Source: Gammaproteobacteria bacterium
Lineage (GTDB): Bacteria > Pseudomonadota > Gammaproteobacteria > GCA-001735895
DNA length: 64,000 nt
Direction: 5' to 3'
NCBI GenBank assembly: GCA_050298595.1
Contig: JBNKUM010000100.1
Coordinates: forward strand, 32,001-96,000
The position numbers were made by a program, and so were the translations under genes. Below, piece by piece: positions 11,517 to 21,339 of this stretch (its first letter is position 1; each line of letters begins with the position of its first letter). The notes under the pieces are model-generated. The model was not told the DNA's origin. It worked only from the letters and a program-made list of their open reading frames with translations, and did not search any database.

Positions 11517-12362
11517 ATGAAACTATTGCGTTATGGTAAGGCGGGTGAAGAAAAGCCAGGCTTGCTGGACAGTAAGGGTATTATGCGCGATCTTTCCAAT
11601 ATCGTTAAAGATATCGATGGATCGACCCTGTCTCCTGACTCACTGGCGCGCCTCAAAGCGATAGATCCAGCAACTCTGCCAGTGGTTGATGGTTCTCCGC
11701 GCCTTGGCTCCTGCATTGCAAAGCCGGGGAAATTTGTGGCTATTGGACTCAATTATTCCGATCACGCAAAGGAAACTAACTCGCCCATTCCCAAAGAACC
11801 GGTTGTATTCTACAAGGCAGATACCTGCATCAGTGGGCCTGATGACAATATCATTCAACCACGCAATTCCACCAAACTGGACTGGGAAGTTGAAATTGCC
11901 ATAGTCATCGGTAGCAAAGCGCAATATCTTGATGAGGTGCAGGCCGAGCAGGCGATTGCTGGTTACTGTATCGTCAACGATGTTTCTGAACGCAGTTTTC
12001 AAATTGATCGTGGAGGGAGTCAATGGTCCAAGGGTAAAGGATGCGATAGCTTTGGTCCGACTGGCCCATGGCTGGTAACCCCGGATGAAATCGAAGACGT
12101 GCAAAATCTCGCCATGTGGCTGGACGTGAATGGCAAGCGTATGCAAACCGGTAATACCAGTACGATGATTTTCAACTGCGTATATCTGGTCAGCTATCTA
12201 AGTCAATTTATGACTTTAATGCCGGGCGATATTGTCACCACAGGCACCCCGCCAGGGGTAGCTCTGGGTATGCATCCATCGCCCTGGTTGCAACCAGGGG
12301 ATGTGATTAATCTGGGCATAGACGGCCTCGGTGAGCAACGTCAAACAGTGGTTGGATGGTAG
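11517..12362 (+). CDS. Fumarylacetoacetate hydrolase family protein
   Basis: IGLNYSDH, DWEVE, NDVSER, WSKGK and TGTPPGV motifs. Confidence 0.93.
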   Translation: MKLLRYGKAGEEKPGLLDSKGIMRDLSNIVKDIDGSTLSPDSLARLKAIDPATLPVVDGSPRLGSCIAKPGKFVAIGLNYSDHAKETNSPIPKEPVVFYKADTCISGPDDNIIQPRNSTKLDWEVEIAIVIGSKAQYLDEVQAEQAIAGYCIVNDVSERSFQIDRGGSQWSKGKGCDSFGPTGPWLVTPDEIEDVQNLAMWLDVNGKRMQTGNTSTMIFNCVYLVSYLSQFMTLMPGDIVTTGTPPGVALGMHPSPWLQPGDVINLGIDGLGEQRQTVVGW

Positions 12363-12397
12363 CAAGTGTAAATTAATAAAAAGTACGGTTTCTACTT

Positions 12398-13003
12398 ATG
12401 TCTAAACGTCATTCCCTGTTATCGTGCAATCACTGGATTTTTGATATGGATGGCACACTCACTATCAGCCAGCACGATTTTGCATACATCCGCAAAAAGC
12501 TGGGTCTGCCGCAAGCTGTTCCCATTCTGGAAGCGCTGAATGCGATGCCCTTACAACAGGCAGAGCCTCTGTGGGAAATGCTGAATGACCTGGAGCTCTA
12601 CTATGCAGGCAACGCGACGATTATGCATGGCGTGAGGCCTGTGCTCGAGCGGCTTTATGCCCGCGGTGCCCAACTCGCGATCCTTACGCGCAATACCATG
12701 CCGGTAGTTAAGCTAACCTTACAGGCCTGTGGTATCGATCATTTTTTTCCGCAACATCACCTACTCGATCGTGACTCCTGTAAACCCAAACCATCCCCTG
12801 AGGGTGTTCATCATTTACTTCAGCTCTGGGGTGCAGAGCCCGAAGATGCAGTTATGGTAGGAGATTACCTGTATGATTTGCAGGCAGGCAAGGGTGCGGG
12901 GGTAACCACCATCCATATTGATCCAGAAGGTATGTTTGCCTGGCCCGAGATGAGCGATATCTGTATTCGCGAGTTTGCCGAAATAGAAGACTATATCGGC
13001 TGA
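12398..13003 (+). CDS. HAD-superfamily hydrolase (subfamily IA)
   Basis: FDMDGTL motif I, TRN, KPSP and MVGDYLYD motif IV. Confidence 0.92.
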   Translation: MSKRHSLLSCNHWIFDMDGTLTISQHDFAYIRKKLGLPQAVPILEALNAMPLQQAEPLWEMLNDLELYYAGNATIMHGVRPVLERLYARGAQLAILTRNTMPVVKLTLQACGIDHFFPQHHLLDRDSCKPKPSPEGVHHLLQLWGAEPEDAVMVGDYLYDLQAGKGAGVTTIHIDPEGMFAWPEMSDICIREFAEIEDYIG

Positions 13004-13229
13004 TCATGGCTCAAAATCATGGCCTGTTGATGGTTTTTTTAAAAAACTGGAATAAGAAAGGGTTACGAGTGGTCCCGTCAACTGAGGCTATGTTTTTTTT
13101 GGCTTAAAAGCGACTTGGGGAGTAAGATCCACTAATAGCATTTTATATCTGAGCAATTTGGAAACTATTTTCCATTAATAGTGCATTTTCCGAGCTAGAA
13201 AAAATTCTGACGAATTCAAGGGGACGAAA

Positions 13230-15716
13230 ATGAAAAAAATCGATGCGGTTAAAGAAAAGAATTCTTTTTCTTCATATTTTAATAGTAAGGATGTTGAGGG
13301 AATAAAAAAAACTATATTGAACCACCTGTTAAGCTTTCAGGGGCGAGATCCACAGCGTGCGGGTACTCCAGATGTTTATAAAGCTCTTGCCTATACTATG
13401 AGGGATTTTCTGGTTGAAAACTGGATTAATACTCAGCAAAGTTATTACACTAAAAAACAAAAGCGGGTCTATTATCTATCCCTGGAATTCTTAATAGGTC
13501 GCTCCCTGGGAAACAGCCTTTTCAACATGGGGTTTTACGATAAGGTTAACCAGGCCGTTGAGGAGCTCGGTTTTGATTTAGCAGCGGTACGTGAAGAGGA
13601 AGAAGATGCTGCATTAGGTAATGGTGGCCTGGGTCGATTAGCGGCGTGTTTTATGGACTCCATCGCCACCATGAAAATTCCTGGTTATGGCTATGGTATT
13701 AATTACGATTTTGGCCTGTTTCATCAAAATTTTATTGATGGCTATCAGTTTGAAAGCCCCGATAACTGGCTGCGTTATGGCTCGCCCTGGGAGTTTGACC
13801 GAACACACCCCTTATATGCGGTCAAATTTTATGGCAATGTCAGTAGTTTTATTGATAAAAAAGGTCATTACCGCTCTGAATGGGTTAACACAGAGACTGT
13901 GATGGCTAATCCCTGCGATGTTTTAATACCGGGATATGGCAATAATAATGTTATCAATATGCGGCTGTGGCGTGCCAAAGCATCTAGAGAGCTGGACTTA
14001 AATTATTTTGGTAAAGGAGATTATATTGGGGCCGTACAAAATAAAGTTCAATCAGAAACCATATCAAAATTACTCTATCCACCTGATGATGAAAGTGCTG
14101 GGCGAGAGTTGAGGTTAAAGCAGCAATACTTTTTCGTTGCAGCAACATTTCAGGATATTTTCAGGCGTTACGTGAAGCACAATAAAGGATTTGATAACTT
14201 CAGTGATAAAGTTGCGGTCCAGCTGAATGACACCCATCCCTCTATCGCAATTCCAGAGTTGATGCGCCTGTTCATGGATGAGCATGGCATGGGTTGGGAA
14301 GAGTCCTGGGATATCTGTGTCAAGACTTTTGCCTATACCAATCACACTCTTATGCCGGAAGCGTTAGAGACCTGGACTGTAGAGCTGTTTGGAAAAGTAC
14401 TGCCGCGACATTTACAGATAGTCTACGAAATTAATCATCGATTTTTAGATCAGGTTGCCAAGAAATATCCCGCGCAGAATGCATTGCTCAGAAATATGTC
14501 AATCATCGATGAAGGCCCTCCCCAGCGAGTGCGTATGTCTCATTTGGCTATAGTTGGCAGTCATTCGGTGAATGGTGTCGCAGAGCTGCATACGGAACTG
14601 ATAAAAACAAGACTGTTTAAAGATTTTCATCAGTTTTATCCAGAACGATTTAACAATAAAACAAATGGTATTACGCCCAGAAGGTGGCTACTTAAATGCA
14701 ACACGAGATTATCTTCCCTGATTATCGAAAACATTGGCGACGGGTGGATCACGGAGCTTGAGCAGCTTAAACAACTTGAAAAGTTCGCCGAAGATGCAGC
14801 GTTTCAGGACAAGTTTCATGCCGCCAAACTGGCCAATAAACAACGCCTGGCATCGGTTATTAAGCGCTTGTGTAGTGTTGAGGTAAATATTGACTCATTA
14901 TTCGATGTGCAGGTGAAGCGAGTGCACGAATATAAGCGGCAGCTTTTGAATCTATTGCATGTTATTGCACTGTATCAGCGTATTGTTACCAGACCTGATG
15001 AGAATGTTGTCCCGCGTACGGTCATTTTTGCTGGCAAGGCAGCTCCTGGCTATAAGAAAGCCAAGTTGATTATTAAACTTATCAACTCTGTTGCAGAAGT
15101 TGTTAACAACGACCCTCGGGTTGGGGATAAGCTAAAAGTCGTTTTTATCCCAAATTATGGGGTGTCACTGGCAGAAAAAATTATCCCGGCGGCAGATCTG
15201 TCTGAGCAAATCTCCACTGCTGGAACAGAGGCTTCAGGCACGGGAAATATGAAGTTTGCACTCAATGGCGCCTTGACCATTGGTACACTTGATGGAGCCA
15301 ATATTGAAATAAGGGAAGAAGTTGGCAAAGAAAATATTTTCATATTTGGTCTGACGGCAGAACAAGCCGAGTGGGAAAAGCGATCTCCCAAGCGCTCGCC
15401 CCAACAAATCTATCAACAAAGCGAAGAAATTCGCCAGGTTATTGATGCTATTGGGCAGGGTTGTTTTTCAAAAGAGGATAAACACCTTTTTCAGCCAATT
15501 TATGATGACCTGATGAATCATTACCGAGACCCGTATCTGCACTTGATGGATTTAGAACAGTACCTGCGCTGTCAGGAGAGGGTCGAACAAACTTATCTAG
15601 ATAAAAAACAATGGTGCAAAATGGCCATTCTTAATGTGGCCAGGATGGGCAAGTTTTCAAGTGATCGTACCATTCGGCAATATGCGGAGGAAATCTGGGG
15701 GATTGAAGTGGAGTGA
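13230..15716 (+). CDS. glgP: Glycogen/starch/alpha-glucan phosphorylase
   Basis: LGNGGLGRLAACF, QLNDTHP, KRVHEYKRQ and PLP-lysine motif EASGTGNMKF. Confidence 0.97.
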   Translation: MKKIDAVKEKNSFSSYFNSKDVEGIKKTILNHLLSFQGRDPQRAGTPDVYKALAYTMRDFLVENWINTQQSYYTKKQKRVYYLSLEFLIGRSLGNSLFNMGFYDKVNQAVEELGFDLAAVREEEEDAALGNGGLGRLAACFMDSIATMKIPGYGYGINYDFGLFHQNFIDGYQFESPDNWLRYGSPWEFDRTHPLYAVKFYGNVSSFIDKKGHYRSEWVNTETVMANPCDVLIPGYGNNNVINMRLWRAKASRELDLNYFGKGDYIGAVQNKVQSETISKLLYPPDDESAGRELRLKQQYFFVAATFQDIFRRYVKHNKGFDNFSDKVAVQLNDTHPSIAIPELMRLFMDEHGMGWEESWDICVKTFAYTNHTLMPEALETWTVELFGKVLPRHLQIVYEINHRFLDQVAKKYPAQNALLRNMSIIDEGPPQRVRMSHLAIVGSHSVNGVAELHTELIKTRLFKDFHQFYPERFNNKTNGITPRRWLLKCNTRLSSLIIENIGDGWITELEQLKQLEKFAEDAAFQDKFHAAKLANKQRLASVIKRLCSVEVNIDSLFDVQVKRVHEYKRQLLNLLHVIALYQRIVTRPDENVVPRTVIFAGKAAPGYKKAKLIIKLINSVAEVVNNDPRVGDKLKVVFIPNYGVSLAEKIIPAADLSEQISTAGTEASGTGNMKFALNGALTIGTLDGANIEIREEVGKENIFIFGLTAEQAEWEKRSPKRSPQQIYQQSEEIRQVIDAIGQGCFSKEDKHLFQPIYDDLMNHYRDPYLHLMDLEQYLRCQERVEQTYLDKKQWCKMAILNVARMGKFSSDRTIRQYAEEIWGIEVE

Positions 15717-15809
15717 ATTGAAATTGGTATATAAAGAGTGTGAGGGCAAGTTGTCGTCTTCTTCTCAATGGTTGCTGGGTCAATAAGAGTGCGTGGATAT
15801 GTGGATTAT

Positions 15810-15889
15810 CCTGGAATCCGCAGTTGGACGAGTTGTCGTGCGATTGAGGTGGTGTAGATCAAGGCGTGCGGTCAACTGCGGAATCCAGG
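15810..15889. mobile_element. 80-bp MITE with 17-bp terminal inverted repeats and 5-bp target duplication
   Basis: Ends cctggaatccgcagttg / caactgcggaatccagg (one mismatch); flanked both sides by ATTAT (15805-15809, 15890-15894). Homologous ends at 49621-49916 and 59352-59366. Confidence 0.85.
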
Positions 15890-15902
15890 ATTATATTCCA
15901 GG

Positions 15903-16046
15903 CTAGATCAATTGATGGGAAAAAGTAAGGGCGTTATGCCCGTGAGCGCGCTTCGTGAGTTGCCAGCAGTCAGCAACCCTTTTCAGCAGTCGTTCAAATT
16001 CAACTGGCTTAACCCGGTAGTCGTTGGCTCCCGCCACCATGCAGGC
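15903..16046 (-). pseudogene. C-terminal fragment of a response-regulator receiver domain
   Basis: Manual translation ACMVAGANDYRVKPVEFERLL matches the receiver AGA.DY..KP motif; no N-terminal half. Confidence 0.55.
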
Positions 16047-16227
16047 TAGCTATATGCTCGGGTTGCATGCATATCCCTCTATTCCTCAGTAATAATACGA
16101 CCATAGCGTATGATTATTGGGTGTTTACTCCACTCGAGATAATCAATATATATTATTTTCCCCATGGATATAATGCATCTTCCAATATATTGAGCCAAAG
16201 TAATAGGCGTGTTCAGCTTGAGAGCTA

Positions 16228-16288
16228 ATGCAGAATGCGTATATCGAATTATTCAATGGGAAAAATCAGAGACGAATGTTTGACTGAG
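16228..16288 (+). pseudogene. IS3-family transposase (integrase core) remnant
   Basis: Manual translation MQNAYIELFNGK/IRDECLTE, with a frameshift in an A-run, matches the IS3 NAYIESFNGKLRDECLNE motif. Confidence 0.7.
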
Positions 16289-16469
16289 TGCAATAGATTT
16301 AATTGGGCTACAGCTAAAAGTTAGACTCTTCGGCGCTGTTAAAATTGTGTAAAAAAATTGCCCCGTCGTTTGGATATGTCTCCTGATTACATTCCTGCTG
16401 TCTGAACGCGATTTAAATGGTTGTTGGGCTATAAGACTGGGCTGGACTACTTCACCAGATGTTCGCACC

Positions 16470-16499
16470 GCTGCGCTATGCCAAATGGCATAGCGCAGC
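16470..16499. terminator. Perfect 14-bp inverted repeat downstream of the PilZ gene
   Basis: gctgcgctatgcca-aa-tggcatagcgcagc; no clear U-tract. Confidence 0.45.
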
Positions 16500-16534
16500 A
16501 GTAATGATTTAATAGATATACATCGTTGAATAAA

Positions 16535-18502
16535 TCAGGCCAGGGCGGGAAGGTTCAAACTCTTCTGCAGCATGGACCAGTTTTCAATGTTTTCGAAAAG
16601 CAGATGAAGCCGTGAGCCTCGCTTCCCCATGACTTTGGCTTTGGCCCATGTATGACCATCTTGACTGCTTAAATAAACAGGAGTATCGCGCATAGCCTGT
16701 TCACCTCGGAGTATCTCCGTGTCCTGTATGTTTATAAGTGCTCCTTCAGGGGATATATTCAGGGTTTCCGCCTCAGAGACTTCCTGATCTGCTATTTTAA
16801 GCTTAAGTGTGCGGTGTGCAATACGACGGCCATATTTTCTGCGCTGGCGTAAGCGACCAAATCCGATGGCAAGGTTAACCGATATACCAAGTAAAAAACC
16901 AATTATACAAAGCACATAGACCTTGGGGTCAATAGTTTGCCCCTGGATTGGCTCGAATATGATATTTAAAGTTTTGTCATGTGCATAAAGATAAACAAGG
17001 TAAATCAAGCCAGAGGTAGCTAAGCCCTGTGATATAGCCCCGGCAGTCCTAGTCAGGTAGAACTTTATTCTGCTATTGTCGGGTCGGCTGCTGGAGTCAA
17101 GTCTGAATGCAGTGTAAACTGCTGTTAGAAAAACAATGGACGACCAGGCTAGTACAGAACGAATGCTTGGAATGAGATTTATCTCCTCTCCTTTAATCTG
17201 ATTTATAGTAAATACAATTGTGAGTAGCACCAATGCACCAAGTATATAGGAAGACAGGGCTACTATGAAATAAATGGCCCAGGGACGGGCACGATACAGG
17301 CCCTGTTCTAGTACTGTGGGCCATGCATCGCCATGGGTGGAAAGGTATCGCTTTGCCATTAATACCAGTAACATTGGCATGACCATAAAAGGAGTGCCAT
17401 AGCCAATCCATGAAGCAACATCCCCAAATGATAAGTCCTGAGGTAGAGGGATACCTGTGACTTTGAGTATAAAAAAGGCAGCAATACTGCCTATCAAAAT
17501 TGAACCAAACACAGCATAGATAATCAAGACCAGGGTATTCCAGGGTATGGGAAATTCATTATGCTCACTAGCAAGGTAACCCACTTGATCAAGGTAAGTG
17601 TCCACCATGCTATCGGATTTACCCGATAAATAGAGCAGGCAACTGATCAGTCTATAACTACGGTTGAGCGTAATATCCAGGCCGGTCTCTAGTCTTAATT
17701 TCTCTTCTCCAGAAATGTCTCCAGCCTTATATTTTATCATCAATTTGAATAACTGCTGGTACTGCGTGTCGATAGAGCTGTAGTGCAGTTCAGGATTCTG
17801 GATGTAGCTTTTGAAGGGAAACTGGAGTGTCCAGATCTCCACAAAATAGAGCAGGTAGCTAAGTTTTGCCCAGCGCGCCTCAAGTGTCCAGGCGCCTAGT
17901 TCAAAATCTTCTGCAGTCAGGTCGCGGCGGCTCACCTGGCCAGCCTCACTCAGAAATCTTTGATCGATTAATAACTTTTCGATCATGGCTTGTTTATAGC
18001 AAGGTTTGCCGTTTTTAATGCGGCGGTATATTGCTCTACCTTTATAAGGGATCTGGGCCTTTTTATGCAGGTAGAGTTTTGATTTTTCAAGTAAGTCCTT
18101 GATCCAGGGTAAATTAGGAGCCATACCTGTAATGATCAAGGTAGCCAGGATTATTTTTTCCCTGACGTTAACTGGGGCAGCAGCGTTGTCTGCAGCAGCA
18201 GAGGCGCTGCCTGTTAAGTTAGCATCGACTGCGGCGGTGGCTGAGTTGAAATCAGGCAGGAATAGCACCAGAAGTATATACAGGCTTTCGGCAACCAATA
18301 TGAAGGCGGCCCGGAAAAAATTATATTCGAAGCGTTCGGTCAGATAGCTGGGGAGCGCGGGCTCAAGCATTTCATCGTTAGTATTGCCTGGGGTTGCGTG
18401 ATCCTCATCGACAAAACTATAGCCGGGTTGGTTAAAAAAATTAGAGGCAAAAACAAAAACAACAATACATCCGATCAAAAAGTAGATATATGTTAGATCC
18501 AT
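16535..18502 (-). CDS. Multi-pass membrane protein with C-terminal PilZ domain
   Basis: Multiple hydrophobic segments; C-terminal RKYGR (RxxxR) and NISPEG (D/NxSxxG) c-di-GMP motifs. Confidence 0.75.
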   Translation of the reverse strand: MDLTYIYFLIGCIVVFVFASNFFNQPGYSFVDEDHATPGNTNDEMLEPALPSYLTERFEYNFFRAAFILVAESLYILLVLFLPDFNSATAAVDANLTGSASAAADNAAAPVNVREKIILATLIITGMAPNLPWIKDLLEKSKLYLHKKAQIPYKGRAIYRRIKNGKPCYKQAMIEKLLIDQRFLSEAGQVSRRDLTAEDFELGAWTLEARWAKLSYLLYFVEIWTLQFPFKSYIQNPELHYSSIDTQYQQLFKLMIKYKAGDISGEEKLRLETGLDITLNRSYRLISCLLYLSGKSDSMVDTYLDQVGYLASEHNEFPIPWNTLVLIIYAVFGSILIGSIAAFFILKVTGIPLPQDLSFGDVASWIGYGTPFMVMPMLLVLMAKRYLSTHGDAWPTVLEQGLYRARPWAIYFIVALSSYILGALVLLTIVFTINQIKGEEINLIPSIRSVLAWSSIVFLTAVYTAFRLDSSSRPDNSRIKFYLTRTAGAISQGLATSGLIYLVYLYAHDKTLNIIFEPIQGQTIDPKVYVLCIIGFLLGISVNLAIGFGRLRQRRKYGRRIAHRTLKLKIADQEVSEAETLNISPEGALINIQDTEILRGEQAMRDTPVYLSSQDGHTWAKAKVMGKRGSRLHLLFENIENWSMLQKSLNLPALA

Positions 18503-19015
18503 GACATTATCTCCTGTAGTTTATAGCGATATCTCAGTGTGGAAAAACTGCGCCACAGTCATTCTATAATAGGTAACCGTGTATCCGGGAGTAAAGCTAA
18601 TCCATTTTGAGTATCCAGGGTTTCTATTATTAGTAAGTACGCCCTTTTAAAAACGAAAGCACTACGATTTATATAAACAAAGCATGCGCTTAAGCTTAAT
18701 CAAGGATCAAATAGAAAAATTTAATAGCATTAACAAGGTCATAAAGCGATTAGTGGAAAAACCTGTGGGATTAGTCAATAGGTTCGAGTTATCTATTGGA
18801 GGCATAGTGCAGAGAAGGATATTGACTCTGGATTTTAGAAGGAAAATGCCAGGCTGGTTTTTATTCAGGCCTACAAATTGTAATGGCTATATAACGACCG
18901 GTGTAGGAAGCATTTCTTTTGCCCCTTTTTTTGCCATAAAATAAAATCAGATCAGGGTCGGAAATTAATTCAGGTCAAATATTGGTTCAAATTACGAGTC
19001 ATATTTTAAGATTAT

Positions 19016-19927
19016 TCAACAGCTCCTGTTTACTTCGAACAAAACTTTTAACCACCGTAGATCCTCAGGACCAAGGCTAGCTTTTTTGTGTAAGTCAGGG
19101 GTTTCGTAAACCTCTTTATATACATGGCAGATGGCAACTTCTGTTAATTTTCGCCACCTTTCGTCGTTAAGCTCTGGGATGCTGCCATTAGCTAAATTTG
19201 GATCTAGCAAGGGATCGTGTTCAGTTTCAGTAGTGTGTAGCGCTAATTCTAGTTCCTGTAATATTGGGTTTACTACTCGCAGGGTATTTGAATTCTCGAA
19301 TTCTTTAGTCACTGTAGCTTCTGCTTCCCTGATAGATCTATCGAGCTGATATTTACTGAGTTTTTCACCTGTCGGGCGTAATCCATACTTATTCAGCAAG
19401 CCCCCCAGGCCTGGAAGCAATGCTTTTGCGGCGATACCAGCACCGACCAGTGGGTTTGCTATAGCGGCTAATCCACCAACAAGAAGCATCCCATAGGTTA
19501 ATTTTTTGTCCAGAGCATCAATGTCGTTTGCCAGGGATTGAAGGCTGTTTAGGTTGTCTTTTCTTTTATCAAGCACAATCTCAATTGCGCTTTGTTGCAT
19601 ATACTCCTTGAGCATAGCCTCAGAATGCTCGTTGGCGAAATGAAACACTCTTCTTTTTGGAAGCTTATTAATTTCAGGGACTGATTCTGGCAGGCACCTC
19701 ATGGTATGCAATGCGAATTTGTGCTCTGAAAGATTATATGGAATTACGAAATAGTGTTTTTCATCATACTGTATGTGCTCATATTTGCTTGATGTCTCTA
19801 CAGAAACAAATATTGGCAGTCCATTAATTTTTTCTTTTACCAAAGAAAGTCCTGATGTGATTTCATCACTCGCTTTATCGGCGGTCAAGCGAACAGTTTC
19901 TATGCTTTTTTCTATTAGTTCTTTCAT
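19016..19927 (-). CDS. Hypothetical protein with central glycine-rich hydrophobic hairpin
   Basis: 303-aa ORF containing GMLLVGGLAAIANPLVGAGIAAKALLPGLGGLL; family not recognised. Confidence 0.7.
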   Translation of the reverse strand: MKELIEKSIETVRLTADKASDEITSGLSLVKEKINGLPIFVSVETSSKYEHIQYDEKHYFVIPYNLSEHKFALHTMRCLPESVPEINKLPKRRVFHFANEHSEAMLKEYMQQSAIEIVLDKRKDNLNSLQSLANDIDALDKKLTYGMLLVGGLAAIANPLVGAGIAAKALLPGLGGLLNKYGLRPTGEKLSKYQLDRSIREAEATVTKEFENSNTLRVVNPILQELELALHTTETEHDPLLDPNLANGSIPELNDERWRKLTEVAICHVYKEVYETPDLHKKASLGPEDLRWLKVLFEVNRSC

Positions 19928-20117
19928 GAGATCATTTTAGCCACTTAATTTGAATAGAGCTTAAAGCAGATTATGTTGCATGCGCAAATATTGTGGCAGG
20001 TTGCAAAAATAATCGTCTTTATGGGGTTTTCTGCATTCTTAACACCAATATCTTGGAGTGTTTAATGCCTGCTTCCAGGAAGATGACTAAATATGAAAAT
20101 ATTCTCAAAAATAATTC

Positions 20118-20165
20118 TTGACATATTATGTCAATGATTGGTACCTTACGTGACATAATATGTCA
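20118..20165 (+). promoter_or_regulatory. Sigma70 promoter overlapped by two palindromic operators TGACATA-N-TATGTCA
   Basis: TTGACA at 20118 lies inside palindrome ttgacata-t-tatgtcaa (20118-20134). Extended -10 TGgTACCTT at 20139-20147. Second palindrome tgacata-a-tatgtca at 20151-20165. RBS aaggag follows. Confidence 0.75.
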
Positions 20166-20179
20166 AGCAAGGAGTTATC

Positions 20180-20587
20180 ATGAGTGTATTACAAGATTTA
20201 TCCAAACATCTATCAGATTGCGAATATAAGGGTTATCGCTTTAATTGTTTACCGATGAATAGCGGGCAGGAGGTTTTAAGGGTTGAGGTAAGCGGGCTTG
20301 AAGAAATCCCGATTTTCATCACTGTGACCGACACTCAAATTTTATGTATTTCTTATCTATTCACCAAACAGGAAATACACTCAGAACTGGAGGCTGAATT
20401 AAATCAATATCTACTGGAGCTTAACGTACCCATGCCCTTGAGTTCTTTTGCTCTGGTGGATGATTATTACACCATTTTTGGAGCACTCGATCGTAAGTCT
20501 AATAATGAAAGCATTACCCAGGAATTGATTACACTGGCTGCTAATTCGATCGATACGCTACAGGCTTTAGAAGATTACATTAAGTAA
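20180..20587 (+). CDS. YjfI-family (DUF2170) protein
   Basis: LNVPMPLSSF..V..YY.IFGAL motif; position upstream of a PspA-family gene as in yjfI-yjfJ. Confidence 0.75.
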   Translation: MSVLQDLSKHLSDCEYKGYRFNCLPMNSGQEVLRVEVSGLEEIPIFITVTDTQILCISYLFTKQEIHSELEAELNQYLLELNVPMPLSSFALVDDYYTIFGALDRKSNNESITQELITLAANSIDTLQALEDYIK

Positions 20588-20628
20588 GCAGTTTGTTATT
20601 TGGAATTTAAATTAAGAGGAAGATAAAA

Positions 20629-21315
20629 ATGAACGTGATGAAAAAATTATTAACATCTTTACGCGGCGGAGCCAGAGAACTGGGTGAAGCTATTGTCGAT
20701 ACGCAGGCCATGAGAATTTTTGAACAGGAAATCGAAGATTCAAAAGCCAGTCTGACCGAAGCAAAAGTAGGCTTAACCGAAATCGTCGCAAAAAAAATGG
20801 CTACCGAAAGAAAGCTATCAGACATTAAATTGAAAATAGCAGAAAACGAAGGCTATGCGGTGAAAGCGCTGGAGAAATCAGATGAAGCCCTTGCGCTGGA
20901 AGTCGCAGGAAAAATTGCAAAACTGGAAGCCTCCGCCGAAGAAGTGAGTAATGAGCTAGTCAGTTATGATCAGAATGTGACGCTATTGAAGTCTCAGATT
21001 CAGGAAGCCGAAAAAATAATCGCCGAACATGAAAGAGAGCTGGCGATGGCCAAGGCGAGAGAGTCGGTTCAACAGGCAACTAAATCGGTCACGCAAACAG
21101 TCACAGCCAATGATACCTCTATTAGTTCAGCTCGAGAATCGTTAGAAAGAATCAAGCAGAAGCAACAATCTGAACAGGATAGACTCAACGCTGGTATTCA
21201 ATTGCGCAAAGAGCTAGCTGGTGATGTTCTGGATGATAAGTTGAAAGCCGCTGGGATAAAAAAGGAGAAGCATTCTGCCGAAGATGTTCTGGCAAGGTTA
21301 AGAGCAAAAAATTAA
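20629..21315 (+). CDS. PspA/IM30 (ESCRT-III-like) family protein, YjfJ-like
   Basis: N-terminal amphipathic helix, 'EAIVD...RIFEQEI', long coiled coil, 'LDDKLKAAGI...AEDVLARL' tail. Confidence 0.88.
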   Translation: MNVMKKLLTSLRGGARELGEAIVDTQAMRIFEQEIEDSKASLTEAKVGLTEIVAKKMATERKLSDIKLKIAENEGYAVKALEKSDEALALEVAGKIAKLEASAEEVSNELVSYDQNVTLLKSQIQEAEKIIAEHERELAMAKARESVQQATKSVTQTVTANDTSISSARESLERIKQKQQSEQDRLNAGIQLRKELAGDVLDDKLKAAGIKKEKHSAEDVLARLRAKN

Positions 21316-21339
21316 ACCAGAGCGCAACGGGAACAGTTG

